A DNA stretch of 41,146 bases from a virus. Taxonomy: Duplodnaviria > Caudoviricetes. Shown here piece by piece: positions 25,955 through 37,000 of the stretch. The position numbers and the translations under genes were made by a program. The notes under the pieces were generated by a model that had not been told where the DNA came from, searched no databases, and saw nothing but the letters and a program-made list of their open reading frames with translations. The stretch is taken from IMG/VR virus record IMGVR_UViG_3300037589_000052, positions 1-41,146 of that record. One strand, written 5' to 3'. Numbering within the stretch: the stretch's first letter is position 1; the number at the start of each line of letters is the position of its first letter.

Positions 25955-26848
25955 ATGATCCTGAACTCCACATCTATCAACGCTTTGCGGGTTGGGTTTA
26001 AGACCTCCTACCAAGGGGCCTTTGACAAGGTCCCCCAGCACAAGGACCGCGTGGCGACGACAATTCCGTCCTCGGCAGGTGAAAACGTCTATGCCTGGCT
26101 GGGCGAACTCTCGGGCATGCGCGAATGGCACGGCCCCAAGGTCATCGACAACCTGAAGAACAGCGACTACCGCATCCGCAACGTCGACTTCGAGAAAACC
26201 ATTGGCGTTGATCGCAATGACATCGAGGACGACACCCTCGGTCAGTACTCGCAACGTTTCGAGATCCTTGGGCGTACTGCCGCGCGTCATGCCGAGGATC
26301 TGGTGTTTCGCAAACTCGCCAATGGCTTCAGCGAGCTTTGCTATGATGGCCAGCCCTTCTTTGACACTGACCACCCGGTCCTCAATGAGGCGGGTAACGA
26401 GGTCTCGGTTGCCAATACTGACGGCGGCGCAGGCGCGCATTGGTTCCTGATGTGCACCGATGAAGTGGTCAAACCGATCATCTTTCAGGAGCGCAAAAAG
26501 CCGACCTTCGTCCACAAAGACCGCCCGGATGACGACAACGTCTTTTTCAACCGGCAACTGGTCTATGGCGCAGAGGCGCGCTGCGGGGTGGGCTATGGCT
26601 TCTGGCAAATGTGCTGGGGGTCGAAGCAGGATCTCACAGCAGCGAATTATGCCACCGCGCGGGCCGCACTGATGAGCATGAAGGGCGACCACGGCACGCC
26701 GATGGGACTGGTGCCCAACCTGTTGGTGGTGCCGCCCACACTCGAAAGCGCTGCCCGCAAGATCCTCCATTCAGAATTCGCCGCAGGTGGCGAGACGAAC
26801 GAGTGGAAAGGCACCGCCGAACTGCTTGTCGTCCCGTGGCTGGCATAA
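25955..26848 (+). CDS. Major capsid protein (Mu gpT-like)
   Basis: YAWLG...MREW, DIEDD, CYDGQPFFDTDHPV, KPIIFQER, GYGFWQ, LLVVPP. Confidence 0.95.
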   Translation: MILNSTSINALRVGFKTSYQGAFDKVPQHKDRVATTIPSSAGENVYAWLGELSGMREWHGPKVIDNLKNSDYRIRNVDFEKTIGVDRNDIEDDTLGQYSQRFEILGRTAARHAEDLVFRKLANGFSELCYDGQPFFDTDHPVLNEAGNEVSVANTDGGAGAHWFLMCTDEVVKPIIFQERKKPTFVHKDRPDDDNVFFNRQLVYGAEARCGVGYGFWQMCWGSKQDLTAANYATARAALMSMKGDHGTPMGLVPNLLVVPPTLESAARKILHSEFAAGGETNEWKGTAELLVVPWLA

Positions 26849-26859
26849 GGAGCTGACCC

Positions 26860-27291
26860 ATGAGTGAACGTGATGATCTCAAAGCCCGCGCGCAGGAACT
26901 GAACCTTGAGTATGCGGCGAACATCTCCACTGCCAAACTCAAAGAACTGGTCGATGAAGCCGTGGCAAATCCTTCCTCTGGCGACGCCGAAAGCAGCAAC
27001 AACCAAGGCATTGGCGAGGCGAACCCTTTTGAGCATGCATTGAGCGACGCGGCGAAGGTTGCCGAAGGCGAGACCACTGCGCCCAAGGAGGCAACCGCCG
27101 AGCCTGAGTTCCATGGCCGCAAGTTTCTGCGCGTGCTGGGGCCGCAATCCGGCTTTCGCCGCGCAGGCCGCCGGTTCGGCGCAAAGCCCGTGGACATTCC
27201 GCTCGATGAGTTGAGCGAGGCCGAGGAGCTGGCGCTCAAGGCCGAGTCCCGGCTGATCACCACCTATCACGTCGAGGGCGTGAACGAATAA
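26860..27291 (+). CDS. Mu-like gp35/HI1506-type protein
   Basis: C-terminal GFRRAGRRF...LSEAEELALKAESRL; follows the capsid gene. Confidence 0.7.
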   Translation: MSERDDLKARAQELNLEYAANISTAKLKELVDEAVANPSSGDAESSNNQGIGEANPFEHALSDAAKVAEGETTAPKEATAEPEFHGRKFLRVLGPQSGFRRAGRRFGAKPVDIPLDELSEAEELALKAESRLITTYHVEGVNE

Positions 27292-27380
27292 AGCGGCCAG
27301 CTCTGCCCCAAGAGCCGCTTTTGCTCCGGCAAACGGAGCCTTGGCCCGGCGGCGATCCTCGCGTCGCCGGGCCGTTTCCT
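27290..27380 (+). terminator. Three consecutive hairpins after the capsid operon (terminator/structured RNA)
   Basis: AAAGCGGC/GCCGCTTT; GCTCCG-GCAAA-CGGAGC; GGCCCGGCGGCGA/TCGCGTCGCCGGGCC followed by GTTTCCTT. Confidence 0.55.
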
Positions 27381-27399
27381 TCCCACGGAGCGCTGGCAG

Positions 27400-27828
27400 A
27401 TGGCCTACACCACACTTGATGAGCTGATCGATCGCTATGGCGAGAACATGTTGATCGCCTTGACCGATCGGGGCGATGCCGCCACCGGCGCGGTGGATCT
27501 GGACACGATCAACCAGGCCATTGCCGAGGCCGACGCGCTGATCGACGGTTTTCTGAAGGGGCGCTATCAGCTCCCGCTCTCCGAGGTGCCCGCCCAGGTG
27601 CCGCCGCTAAGCCGCGCAATCGCAATCTGGAAGCTGCACCTTTACGAGGCCCCCAAACAGATCGAGGCCGAATACCGCGAAGCGATGGCGCAACTGCGCG
27701 ACATCGCAAAGGGGATCATCGTTCTGGATGTGGCCGGTCTAACGCCAAAGACCAACAGCAGCCAAGGCGTCATGACCACTGACCGCGAGCGCCCGCTGAC
27801 GCAGGACAGTCTCAAGGGGTGGATCTGA
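27400..27828 (+). CDS. Head-tail connector (Mu gp36, DUF1320)
   Basis: MAYTTLDELIDRYG...IDGFLKGRYQLPL...LRDIAKG. Confidence 0.85.
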   Translation: MAYTTLDELIDRYGENMLIALTDRGDAATGAVDLDTINQAIAEADALIDGFLKGRYQLPLSEVPAQVPPLSRAIAIWKLHLYEAPKQIEAEYREAMAQLRDIAKGIIVLDVAGLTPKTNSSQGVMTTDRERPLTQDSLKGWI

Positions 27829-28259
27829 TGCTGGACGCCGTCAAAGCGCGCCTTGAGACCCGCCTCAGCGAATTTGCGGGCCGGATCGAGACCTCGGTGG
27901 ACCTGACCCGCCTTCTGAAAGATCGCGGCATCCCGCAGAACTCCACCGCCTTTGTGGTGCCGATTGGCCTGCAGGGCCGCCGCGCGCCCGACGCCACCAG
28001 CATCTTTATGCAGGACTACGTCGAGACCATTGGCGTGCTTCTGGTGGCCCGATCCTACGACCAAACAGGCTCTCAGGCGCTCGAAAAACTGCGCCCCTCT
28101 ATCCAGCAGGTGATGGAGGCCTTGGCCGGTTGGTCGCCCGGTTCGACCTTCGGCGTCTTCGAGCTGCGCCAGGGCAATGTCGCAGGGATCAGCGGCGGCG
28201 CGCTTTTCTACATGATCGAGTTTTCCATCAACGACCAACTGAGGATCACGCTGCAATGA
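27828..28259 (+). CDS. Tail terminator/completion protein (gp37-like)
   Basis: TGATG coupling; AFVVP and ALAGWSP motifs; synteny. Confidence 0.7.
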   Translation: MLDAVKARLETRLSEFAGRIETSVDLTRLLKDRGIPQNSTAFVVPIGLQGRRAPDATSIFMQDYVETIGVLLVARSYDQTGSQALEKLRPSIQQVMEALAGWSPGSTFGVFELRQGNVAGISGGALFYMIEFSINDQLRITLQ

Positions 28260-28399
28260 CCAAGCCCAAGAAGCCCCAGCTCCCCGCATCCGGTGGCAGC
28301 TATGTCGTCCAGGCGAGCGGTAATCTGAAACAGACCGCCGCCACTGAGCCCAAGCCCCCGCGCAGCACCAAAGCGCCCACGCAAAAGAAGGAGACCTAA
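28256..28399 (+). CDS. Small hypothetical protein
   Basis: ATGA overlap; 47 aa containing GGSY; fills the gap before the tail tube gene. Confidence 0.6.
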   Translation: MTKPKKPQLPASGGSYVVQASGNLKQTAATEPKPPRSTKAPTQKKET

Positions 28400-29332
28400 A
28401 TGTCCCTCAACTGGAAGCAAAAGGTTCTCCTGGTCAAAACCGAAGTGACCTATGGCACCGACGCCGCCCCCAGCGGGGCTGCAAACGCCATTCTCGCGCA
28501 GGACGTGCAGCTCAAGCCCATGGAAGGCACGGATGTCTCGCGGGATCTGGAACGCCCCTACTTTGGCGCGGACGCAACGATCCCGACCGAGTTGATGAGC
28601 GAAATCACCTTTGATGTGGAACTCGCCCCCTCGGGCGTGGCCGGCACGCCGCCCGCGTGGGGATCGCTCCTGCGCGCCTGCGGCTTGGCAGAGACCGTCA
28701 ACGCGGGCACATCCGTTGTCTACAACCCGATCACGCAAGCACCCGAGAGTGCGACCGTGCATCTGCACATCGACGCCACACGCTATGTGATCCTTGGCGC
28801 GCGCGGCAATGTGCGCTTTGACCTTCAGGCGCAGGCCGTCCCGAAACTGCGGTTCACCTTCAAAGGCCTGTTTGTGAAGCCCGCCGATGCGGCCTACCCC
28901 GCCGCCGACCTGACCGCTTGGACCGTCCCGCAGGTCGTCACCATGGGCAACACGCCCGTGTTCCAGGTCGACGCCGTGGATCTGGTGATGCGCTCCTTCC
29001 AGATGGATCTGGGCAACCAGATCGAAGGCCGCTTTCTGGTCGGCCGCGAGGAGGTCAAACTGGGCGACCGGCAAGAGAGCATCGCGACCACCGTCGAGGC
29101 GGTTCAACTCTCCGCATTCGATCCGTTCCAGCGCGCGCTCGATCAAAGCGCCACCGCCCTGCAGCTCACGCATGGCACCGGCGCGGGCCGGATTGCCACA
29201 CTCGACGTGCCCGCCGCGCAGATGCAGCGCCCGCAGGGGCTGTCCACCGCCCAGAACGTCAAGGAATGGCCCCTGCGTCTAGTCCCGCTGCCGCAGGCGG
29301 GGAACGACCAATTCACCCTGACACTCACCTGA
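28400..29332 (+). CDS. Major tail tube protein
   Basis: AAGGAG RBS; KTEVTYGTD and LLRACG; upstream of the chaperone and tape measure genes; no sheath gene present. Confidence 0.8.
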   Translation: MSLNWKQKVLLVKTEVTYGTDAAPSGAANAILAQDVQLKPMEGTDVSRDLERPYFGADATIPTELMSEITFDVELAPSGVAGTPPAWGSLLRACGLAETVNAGTSVVYNPITQAPESATVHLHIDATRYVILGARGNVRFDLQAQAVPKLRFTFKGLFVKPADAAYPAADLTAWTVPQVVTMGNTPVFQVDAVDLVMRSFQMDLGNQIEGRFLVGREEVKLGDRQESIATTVEAVQLSAFDPFQRALDQSATALQLTHGTGAGRIATLDVPAAQMQRPQGLSTAQNVKEWPLRLVPLPQAGNDQFTLTLT

Positions 29333-29347
29333 CCCGAAGGCCCGGCC

Positions 29348-29677
29348 ATGTTCAAAGTAGACGAAAACCCGAGTTTCACCCGCACCGTGAAGGTCAAGGT
29401 TCCCAAAGGCGAAGGCCATGAGGAGCAGACCTTTAAAGCGGCGTTTAACGTGGTGGACGATGAGATCGTCGACGGCGTGCAGCTGCAAAATGCCGCCGAG
29501 GTGAAGAAGGTGCTGCGCAAGATGCTTGCAGGCATGGAGGACCTCGCCAACACCGCAGGCGAGGCGATCCCCTACAGCGAAGAGATCCGCGAGAAGATCC
29601 TCAAACTGCCCTATGTGCGGATCGCGCTTCTGGCCGCGTACTACGAAGGCGTCACGGATCAACGCTCGGGAAACTGA
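29348..29677 (+). CDS. Tail assembly chaperone
   Basis: Between tube and tape measure genes; ends in slippery G GGA AAC TGA. Confidence 0.8.
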   Translation: MFKVDENPSFTRTVKVKVPKGEGHEEQTFKAAFNVVDDEIVDGVQLQNAAEVKKVLRKMLAGMEDLANTAGEAIPYSEEIREKILKLPYVRIALLAAYYEGVTDQRSGN

Positions 29678-30030
29678 GAGCCGCCGGTCGCGCCTGGGCG
29701 ACCGGCACGCTGTTCCCGGCCAGGCGCAGCAATGAGGCCAGAGACGACGCGGCGCTCTTTGGCCTCGCGCTCCAAGCCACCCCAGAAGACCAGGACACGG
29801 TACGGATCTGGAACTGCAATGTTCGGGCCATGCTCGCGTTTCTCGCCATCCAGACGCAATGGCGCGTTCTGGCGCAGGCGGATGGGAGCCGCTTCTGGGT
29901 CGGCCTTGATTACAGCGCCGCAGACCCCGCGTTCAGGCTGGAAGGCCTGACCCTCACGCCCGCCGACTGGGTGGGCCTTCGCATCATCGAGAACGCAGCG
30001 CGGGCCGCGCTGAATGAGAGGCAATCATGA
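29668..30030 (+). CDS. -1 frameshift extension of the tail assembly chaperone (DUF1799-like)
   Basis: XXXYYYZ site GGGAAAC at 29668-29674. The -1 frame is open as GKLRAAGRAW...FLAIQTQWR...GLDY...LRIIE to TGA 30030. Confidence 0.8.
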   Translation, partial: GKLRAAGRAWATGTLFPARRSNEARDDAALFGLALQATPEDQDTVRIWNCNVRAMLAFLAIQTQWRVLAQADGSRFWVGLDYSAADPAFRLEGLTLTPADWVGLRIIENAARAALNERQS

Positions 30031-32402
30031 CCTTTGTCGTGCAAGGCGAGATCTTGATGGATGGCTCCGACGCCAAGTCGGAACTCCAGCGCCTGCGCGC
30101 AGAGCAGGCGAAACTCGCCACCTCCACGGATAAGATCAATCAGTCCTCGACCAGATGGGGCAGGTCTACTTCAGGTTTGCGCTCGCGACTAAGTGCCCTG
30201 CGGACCAGCGCTGCGAACTGGATATCCGGATTGCGCGGCGTCGATGACACTCAAGCGCTTGCGGCTGGGAGCGCAGCCAATCTAACCGCGCAGTTCAACG
30301 ATGTGGCCGTGATGATGGCGGCGGGCCAAAACCCGATGCAGCTTGCCATTCAACAGGGCACACAGATCACGCAAGTGTTTGGCAACCGGGGCGCGGCGGC
30401 CGCATTGAGCGCAACACGGCAGGCCGTACTCAATATGGTCTCACCGCTCAATCTCATCACCATCGGCTCCATCGCTGCGGGCGCGGCAGCGGTGCAATGG
30501 CTGTCCAAAGCTGGTGAGGAGGCCGAAACCTTTGAGGACCGCCTGGAGGCTTTGAGCGATGCAGTCGACGCTTTTGGTGACCGCCAGGCGGATGCCTTTC
30601 AAAGTGCCGCGGATATGGCCGAAAAGTTCGGCTCGGCCTCCCCCCAGTTGCGCCTGGTTCTGGCTGATCTGGCCGCGCTGGCAAAGATTGATGCGCAGCG
30701 CAATATCGACGAAACATCCCAGAGCATTCGGGAACTGGTGACAGAGGCGCGAGGCGCGCGTGACCGAAACGCCTTTGCCGCCAGCGCCAACTTCCTTGGG
30801 CTGAAAGCGGCCACCGCTGACGCACGCGCGCTCGGCACCGCCCTGAACCAAAACCTCAAGATTCTGGAAGAGTCTGAGGACCAGGCAAAACGCCTTAAAG
30901 CCGCCTACAACCTGCGCGACATTATCTTGGAAGCCAGCGGTGGCATTGAGAACCTCTCCTCGCGTCAAACTGAGTTCTACGATGGATTGGCGCAGCTCAT
31001 CCAAGGCCTTGAAGCCTTCGAAAGCACGGCGGTCAAACCGCTCGAAGATCTGAAGAAGGCCGGGACGGATCTTTGGAACGGGCTTCTGAAGAACACCCCC
31101 AAAGTGCGTGCCGAACTCGAAGAGGTCGCAGCAACCGCCCGCGCCACCATCCAGCAGCTTCAGCTTGAGGCGCAGATAAACGAGGCGATCCGCAGCAGCG
31201 GTGAAGGCAGCATCGAGGTCGCAGAGCTGCGCCTTCAAGCCGAGCGCGCGGTGTTCCGGCAGCGAGTCGAAGAGCTGACAATCACGGAGCAGCTCAAGCA
31301 AGAGATGATGGCCTCTTGGGACGCCGCCAATGGCGTGGCGCGCGTCGATATGGCGGGGAGTATCTCGCTTGCAGCCAATGAAGCGCAGCGCCTCAAGACT
31401 GAGCTACTTGCAGCGCGCGGGGCCGACATCATGGCCCGTGTCAAAGCAAACCCCGATTTCTACGATCCGCGCGGCGAGAGCGCCGGATCCGGCAACTCCA
31501 ACTATGTCTATCAGGATCAGGGCCTGCCGCGCGTGGTGCTGCCACCCAACCCAAGAGGCAGCAGCGCGCGGGGCGGCGGCTTAGCAGCAGCACTCGACCG
31601 CGAGCGCGAAGCCATTGAGCGCTTGATGCAGCGTGAGCGAGAGCAGTTGGAAATCCTGCGCGAGACGGACCCGATCCAGCGCGAACTGATCCGGCACCGC
31701 GAGACCATGAGAGCCGCGACCGACGCCGAACGCGAGGCGCTGGAAAAGATCATCGGCAAGCGGCTCGAAGAGCAGCAGGCGATTGAACAGACCCGCGAGC
31801 TCGGAGACTATCTCGGCGAGACCATGCAGGACGTGAGCACCGCCCTGGTCGCAGGCGGCGACGCGGCGGCCGATGCATGGGACCGCGTCAAAGCCTCCAT
31901 CCTCTCCGCAGTCCTTGAGGCAAGCCTTCTGGGCGATGGCCCGCTGGCGGGCGCGTTTGGCACCGATGCCAGCGGCGGCTTGCTGGGCGGGCTGCTCAAG
32001 CGCGCTGACGGGGGCATCATCACCGGGCGCGGCGGCGATCGCAGCGATCAGGAACTGGTGCTGGCCAGCCCCGGCGAGTTCTTTGTGAACGCCAAAGCCA
32101 CCCGCAAGCACCGCCATCTTCTGGAGGCGATCAATGCCGGGTCGCTCCTTCCCGGCTCCTTGCCTGCATTTGCAAATGGCGGGGCCTTTGGCGCGCCGCC
32201 GGTGCTGCCTGCGGTGAGTGCCGGGGGATCGTCGCAAGCGCCGGGCATGTCACGCGTCCGCATCGAACCAAGCCCGATGTTTCGGGCGGTGGTCGAGGAG
32301 CAATCCCGCGAGACCTCCGTCGAGGTGATGCAGACCTACGACCGCGAGCACTCGGGCGAAGCCTTCGACCGCAAGCTGGATGATCCTTGGAGGGTTGGCT
32401 AA
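30027..32402 (+). CDS. Tape measure protein
   Basis: 791 aa, Ala-rich and helical; lambda-type AQFNDVAVMMAAGQNPMQLAIQQGTQI; C-terminal ADGG...GEFFVNAKAT. Confidence 0.9.
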   Translation: MTFVVQGEILMDGSDAKSELQRLRAEQAKLATSTDKINQSSTRWGRSTSGLRSRLSALRTSAANWISGLRGVDDTQALAAGSAANLTAQFNDVAVMMAAGQNPMQLAIQQGTQITQVFGNRGAAAALSATRQAVLNMVSPLNLITIGSIAAGAAAVQWLSKAGEEAETFEDRLEALSDAVDAFGDRQADAFQSAADMAEKFGSASPQLRLVLADLAALAKIDAQRNIDETSQSIRELVTEARGARDRNAFAASANFLGLKAATADARALGTALNQNLKILEESEDQAKRLKAAYNLRDIILEASGGIENLSSRQTEFYDGLAQLIQGLEAFESTAVKPLEDLKKAGTDLWNGLLKNTPKVRAELEEVAATARATIQQLQLEAQINEAIRSSGEGSIEVAELRLQAERAVFRQRVEELTITEQLKQEMMASWDAANGVARVDMAGSISLAANEAQRLKTELLAARGADIMARVKANPDFYDPRGESAGSGNSNYVYQDQGLPRVVLPPNPRGSSARGGGLAAALDREREAIERLMQREREQLEILRETDPIQRELIRHRETMRAATDAEREALEKIIGKRLEEQQAIEQTRELGDYLGETMQDVSTALVAGGDAAADAWDRVKASILSAVLEASLLGDGPLAGAFGTDASGGLLGGLLKRADGGIITGRGGDRSDQELVLASPGEFFVNAKATRKHRHLLEAINAGSLLPGSLPAFANGGAFGAPPVLPAVSAGGSSQAPGMSRVRIEPSPMFRAVVEEQSRETSVEVMQTYDREHSGEAFDRKLDDPWRVG

Positions 32403-33052
32403 TGGCGCTTTCCTGGCCGCTACCGCTGGAGAGCTTTTTTGATGGGCTCCCGATTCAGAAAATCAGCTGCCATCTCGGCCGCGCGGAGACCAGTTCAGAG
32501 ACCGGCGGTGGCGAAGTCATCTCGCACGGCATGGGCACCCGGCTTTGGCGCGGGCGTGTTGTCCTGGACAAAGAGGAGCATGTCTATTGGGCAGCCCTTG
32601 AGGCAAAGCTCGCCCTGCTGGAGCAACCCGGCGCGAGCCTCTTGCTGCGTGACACCCGCGTTGATGGCACCCGCTACGACCCGATGCTTGCAACCCTTGG
32701 GGCTGCGACGCCGCAGATTGCCAGCCTTGTTGCCAATCACCGCGAGTTGAGCCTGTCGGGACTGCCTGCGGACTACAAGATCGCCGCCGGGGATCTCTTG
32801 GGCTTCAGCTATGGCGCCGCCCCCACCCGCTATGCCTATCACCGCGTGGTGGTCGGTGCAGATGCAGACGCGACGGGCGTTGCAAACGACATCGAGGTCA
32901 TCCCCTACATCCGCCCCGGCGCACAGGTCGGTGCCCCCGTCACGCTGGGTGTTCCGGTTCTCAAGGCCCGCATTGTCTCTGCCGCCTACGGGCAGAGCCG
33001 CGCGCGGTTGAGCGAGGGCGGCTCCTTTGAGTGGATCCAGACGCTGAGGTAG
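32402..33052 (+). CDS. Distal tail protein (putative)
   Basis: TAATG coupling after the tape measure gene; synteny. Confidence 0.65.
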   Translation: MALSWPLPLESFFDGLPIQKISCHLGRAETSSETGGGEVISHGMGTRLWRGRVVLDKEEHVYWAALEAKLALLEQPGASLLLRDTRVDGTRYDPMLATLGAATPQIASLVANHRELSLSGLPADYKIAAGDLLGFSYGAAPTRYAYHRVVVGADADATGVANDIEVIPYIRPGAQVGAPVTLGVPVLKARIVSAAYGQSRARLSEGGSFEWIQTLR

Positions 33053-33054
33053 CC

Positions 33055-33645
33055 ATGCAATACGACGCAGTCACGCAAAACCAGCTCGAAGAACGACGCG
33101 GCACCGACGCACGCGTCCTGTTGTGGATCGAAGCCAAGAACCGCGAAACCGGCCTCCCCGAGGTGATTGGCTTCTGGTCTGGCGATGACCACCAGGACTT
33201 TCTGATCGATGGCGAAATCCGTACCTATTTTGGCGCGGGTCAGGTGATCAACGTTCCGCCGATCATTGTCGAGCCGGGGTTTCAGGTGCGCAACTACCGC
33301 GTGAAGCTGCCGCCCTTCACCGACGAGGTGAAGACCTTGATGCAGACCTATGAACCACGCTTGGCGCGGGTGGAAATCCATTCCTGCCCGCTCGATATCG
33401 ACAGCGGCGCGCCCCTTGGCACGCCCCTGCGCCGCTTCAAGGGCTTCCTCAACCAGGCCCCCGAAGAGCGCAAGCAAGGCGGCTCCAGCTACACCGAACT
33501 GGTGATGGTGTCTTATGCCCGCGTCCTGACCATCGGACTGCCATTGAAGCGCTCAAGCGCCGAACTCAAACGCCGCAACCCAAATGACCGGGGGCGCGAA
33601 TACATCGACACCACCGGCCAATGGACTGTCCCATGGGGGATGTGA
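33055..33645 (+). CDS. Tail tip/hub protein (putative)
   Basis: Tight packing in the tail-tip cluster; ends VPWG. Confidence 0.6.
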   Translation: MQYDAVTQNQLEERRGTDARVLLWIEAKNRETGLPEVIGFWSGDDHQDFLIDGEIRTYFGAGQVINVPPIIVEPGFQVRNYRVKLPPFTDEVKTLMQTYEPRLARVEIHSCPLDIDSGAPLGTPLRRFKGFLNQAPEERKQGGSSYTELVMVSYARVLTIGLPLKRSSAELKRRNPNDRGREYIDTTGQWTVPWGM

Positions 33646-34046
33646 TGCAGGATCGGGCCGAATTGCTGCTCACCTACCTGCGCGGCGTGCGTCAGCGCTG
33701 GGGCGGGTTTCGCCCCGGCCGGGTGGACTGCGCGAACTATGCGCACGGCTGGTACAAGCTGCTGACCGGGCAAGACATCCGCGCCCGGCTCGGCATCACC
33801 TATTCCACGCTCGAGGAGGGTAAAGCGGCCCTGCGCGCCAAGGGCTATCCAGATCTGGCCGCGCTGGCCGCCCACCACATGCCAGAAATCCCGCCCCCCG
33901 ATGCCGTCCTTGGCGACATTGCGACTGTGCGCGAGGGCGATGAGACCATTCTCGGCATCATGGGCGGCCCGCAGGTCCACCTTCTGACCCTGAACGGTCC
34001 AAGCGTTCTCAGCCGGTGCAAAGCCGAGCGGGTGTTTCGCCCATGA
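33645..34046 (+). CDS. NlpC/P60-like tail protein
   Basis: FRPGRVDCANY catalytic-Cys pattern, GDIA; precedes the tail tip gene. Confidence 0.65.
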   Translation: MQDRAELLLTYLRGVRQRWGGFRPGRVDCANYAHGWYKLLTGQDIRARLGITYSTLEEGKAALRAKGYPDLAALAAHHMPEIPPPDAVLGDIATVREGDETILGIMGGPQVHLLTLNGPSVLSRCKAERVFRP

Positions 34047-37000
34047 CGCGCCTTTGTCTGATCCTCGCCCTGGTGCTGCTGGCCTCCCCGGCGGCGGCCG
34101 ATCCGATCACCGCCCTGGTCTCGGCGGTCACGACCTTCTTTGGCGGGGGCGCAACCTTTGCCGTTTTCGCCCAGGCTCTGCTGCGCTCTCTGGTCAAGGC
34201 CGGGATCTCGATGCTGGTGGCAAAGCTGCGCCAGCGAAAGCAGAAATCGCCCGGCATCCAATCCACCCACACCACCAGCGGCGGCACGGAAGCGCAAGCC
34301 ACTGTGCTTGGGCGTTTTGCGACACGCGGGCATCTGGTCTACCAGAACAGCGTCGACGAAAACAACAAATGGCTGATCCATGTGGTCGAGTTTGGCGACC
34401 TGCCCGGCGCGACCCTGAACCGCTTGATCCTCGACGGGGACTACACAGAATTGGGAGCGGCCGGGAGTGGTGGCCTGCGCCCTATTGTGTCCAAGACCTC
34501 AAACGGCACCGTCTATGGCTATGCGACCTTCTATGATGGAACGCAGACAACGGCGCACCTCGATCTTGTCAACTGGGGCGGCGCACTTGGCGACCGGCCG
34601 TGGACCGACGATCATATCCTGACCGGCACCTGTTACGCGGTGCTCTACTTTCACCGCAAGGATGAGCTCTATCCCGGCGGCGTTCCCAAATACGCTTTCG
34701 AGCTGGACGGCCCGCCCCTCTATGATCCGCGCAAGGACAGCAGCATCGGGGGCAACGGGCTGCACCGCTTCAATCTGCCTGAGAGTTGGGAGCAAACAAC
34801 CAACCCGATGGTGATTGCCTACAACGTCCTGCGCGGGATCACATTGCCGGGTGGCAATGTCTGGGGCGGTGGTTTCCCTGCCGAAGACCTGCCCTACACC
34901 GAGTGGGCCGAGGCGATGGACGCTTGCGATCTGGCCGTCGCAGGTTCTGACCGCGCGCAGTTTGAAGCGGGCTTTGAAATCAAGTTTGAAGAGCCACCCG
35001 CCGACTTCCTCGAAGAGCTGTTCTCCGCCGCGAATGCGCAGATCGTGGAAATGGGCGGCTATTGGTATCCGATTGTTGGCAGCGCCACCTCTGCCTCGGC
35101 CGAGATCTCGGATGATGACGTCCTGGTCTCCGAAACCTGGCAGCACGACCCTTTTCCCGGTCTTGAAAGCACCTTTAACGCGGTCACAACGACCTACACC
35201 AACCCGGCCTCTTTGTGGGAGGCCTCCACGCTCGATACCATCGTCATGGACGATTGGGTTGCCGAGGATGGCCGCCGCAAGCTCTTTGAGCTGAACCTGC
35301 CGATGGTCTTCAACGCAAAGCAGGCGCGCCAGCTTGCCAATGCCCTTTTGCGTGAAAACCGCAGGTTCAGGACGCATCGCCTGCCCCTGCCCGGCGAATA
35401 CGCGCATCTGCGCCCGCTCCAGAATGTGAACCTCAGCCTTCAGGACTACGGCTACACCGCCAAGACATTCCGCGTCACAGAGATTGCCTATGATCTCCAC
35501 ACGTTGAACGTCTCCGTATCTCTGCGCGAAACCGATCCTGCAGACTTTGATCCTGATCCGGGGCTGGAGCTGCCGGAAACCCCGCTCCCAACCGGCCCCA
35601 TTGTCGCGACCGACGCAGGCGTGGTGGGCTTTGCCGTAGCCGGTGAGACGATCCGGGCGTCTGGCGGCAATCCACATGCGCCCGCCATTCGCATCGTCTG
35701 GGAGGGGCGGCTCTCGGACACTTGCACCGCGCTGACCTTCCAGATCCGCCTGCAGGGGCAATCTGATGCGGACATTGCCAGCACCACCAATGTGGCCGCA
35801 GGCAGCTATCGCCACCACCCGGTTCAGCCCGACGCGACCTATGAGGTGCGGGCAAAAGCCATTGCCCCAAGACGTCAAACCACCTGGACACCATGGCTTC
35901 CGGTGAAGACGCCGGACGTGCGCATCGCGCCTGATTTACTGGACGCAACCGTCTGGGACACCATCGCGCAGGATGCACAGGCCACCGCCTCCGCACTTGA
36001 CGCGGATCTGGTCTCCGAGGTGATCCAGCCCCTGAGCCGCGATCTGGAACTGCGCACGGTTGAACAGCGCACCATGGCAGAGGCGGTCGCCATGATCGGG
36101 GACCAGGTGCTCTGGGCCATCACGCGCCTGTCGGATGTGGACGGTCGGTTTGCAGACGCGGGCATCGTGCAAGACCCCGAGACCGGCAAGGTGCGGATCT
36201 ATGCGCTGGAGCAAGAGGCCGAGCGCATCAGCGAGGCCGAGATCCGCCTGAGCGCTGCCGAGGCGAGCATCGCCCTCTCTGCAACCGAGGCATGGGTTCG
36301 CGGGCAAATCACCGAGGCCATGCTGGATCCAACCCAGATCCCGCTTGTCGAGGACTTGCAGTTGCAGGTCAACGAGGTGGAACTGGAACTTGATGCGATC
36401 AACGCCGATCTGGCCCTTTCGGCCTCGCAAACAGAGGTCGACGGTCTGGGCGCGCGGCTCTCGACGGCCGAGGCCAATCTGGACGCCGCCGAAACCGCCA
36501 TCTCGCTCAAGGCCGAGCAGAGCCAGCTGGAAAGCCTGCAGGGGCGCGTGCAGACCGCAGAGGTGCAGATCTCGGCGCTGGATGGGCCGCAGCTGACCCA
36601 GACGGTTGCGGATACGCGCTATCTGCTGGACGCCGACGAGGCCGCCGCAGAGCAGACGCTCGCGAGCCTTTTGCAGGCCCATGCAGAGGGCGAGCGCATC
36701 CGCCAGTCCATTGCATATGCCACCGAGGATCTGCGCGCACGGATCACCGAGGATCGCGAGGCCGTGGCGGCGCTTTCGGTTCAGATCGGCGCATCCATCA
36801 GCAACGCCATGGCGCTCATCGAGGCCGAAAGCCTCGCCCGCGCGTCACAGGATGAGGCTATCGCAGAAGATCTGCTGGCGCTCGATGCGCGGCTTTCCGA
36901 TGCCGAGGGCAACGTTACCGCGCAAGCCAATGCGCAGAGCCAGCTCACCACCCGTGTGAGCGAGGCAGAGGGGCAGCTTTCCGCGCAGGCCGCATCGGTG

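Noticed and set aside
34499-35878. Long antisense ORFs (this one and similar at 17385-18320, 19858-20940, 25811-26770, 28208-29173)
   Set aside because: Shadow frames of high-GC sense genes with no recognisable motifs.
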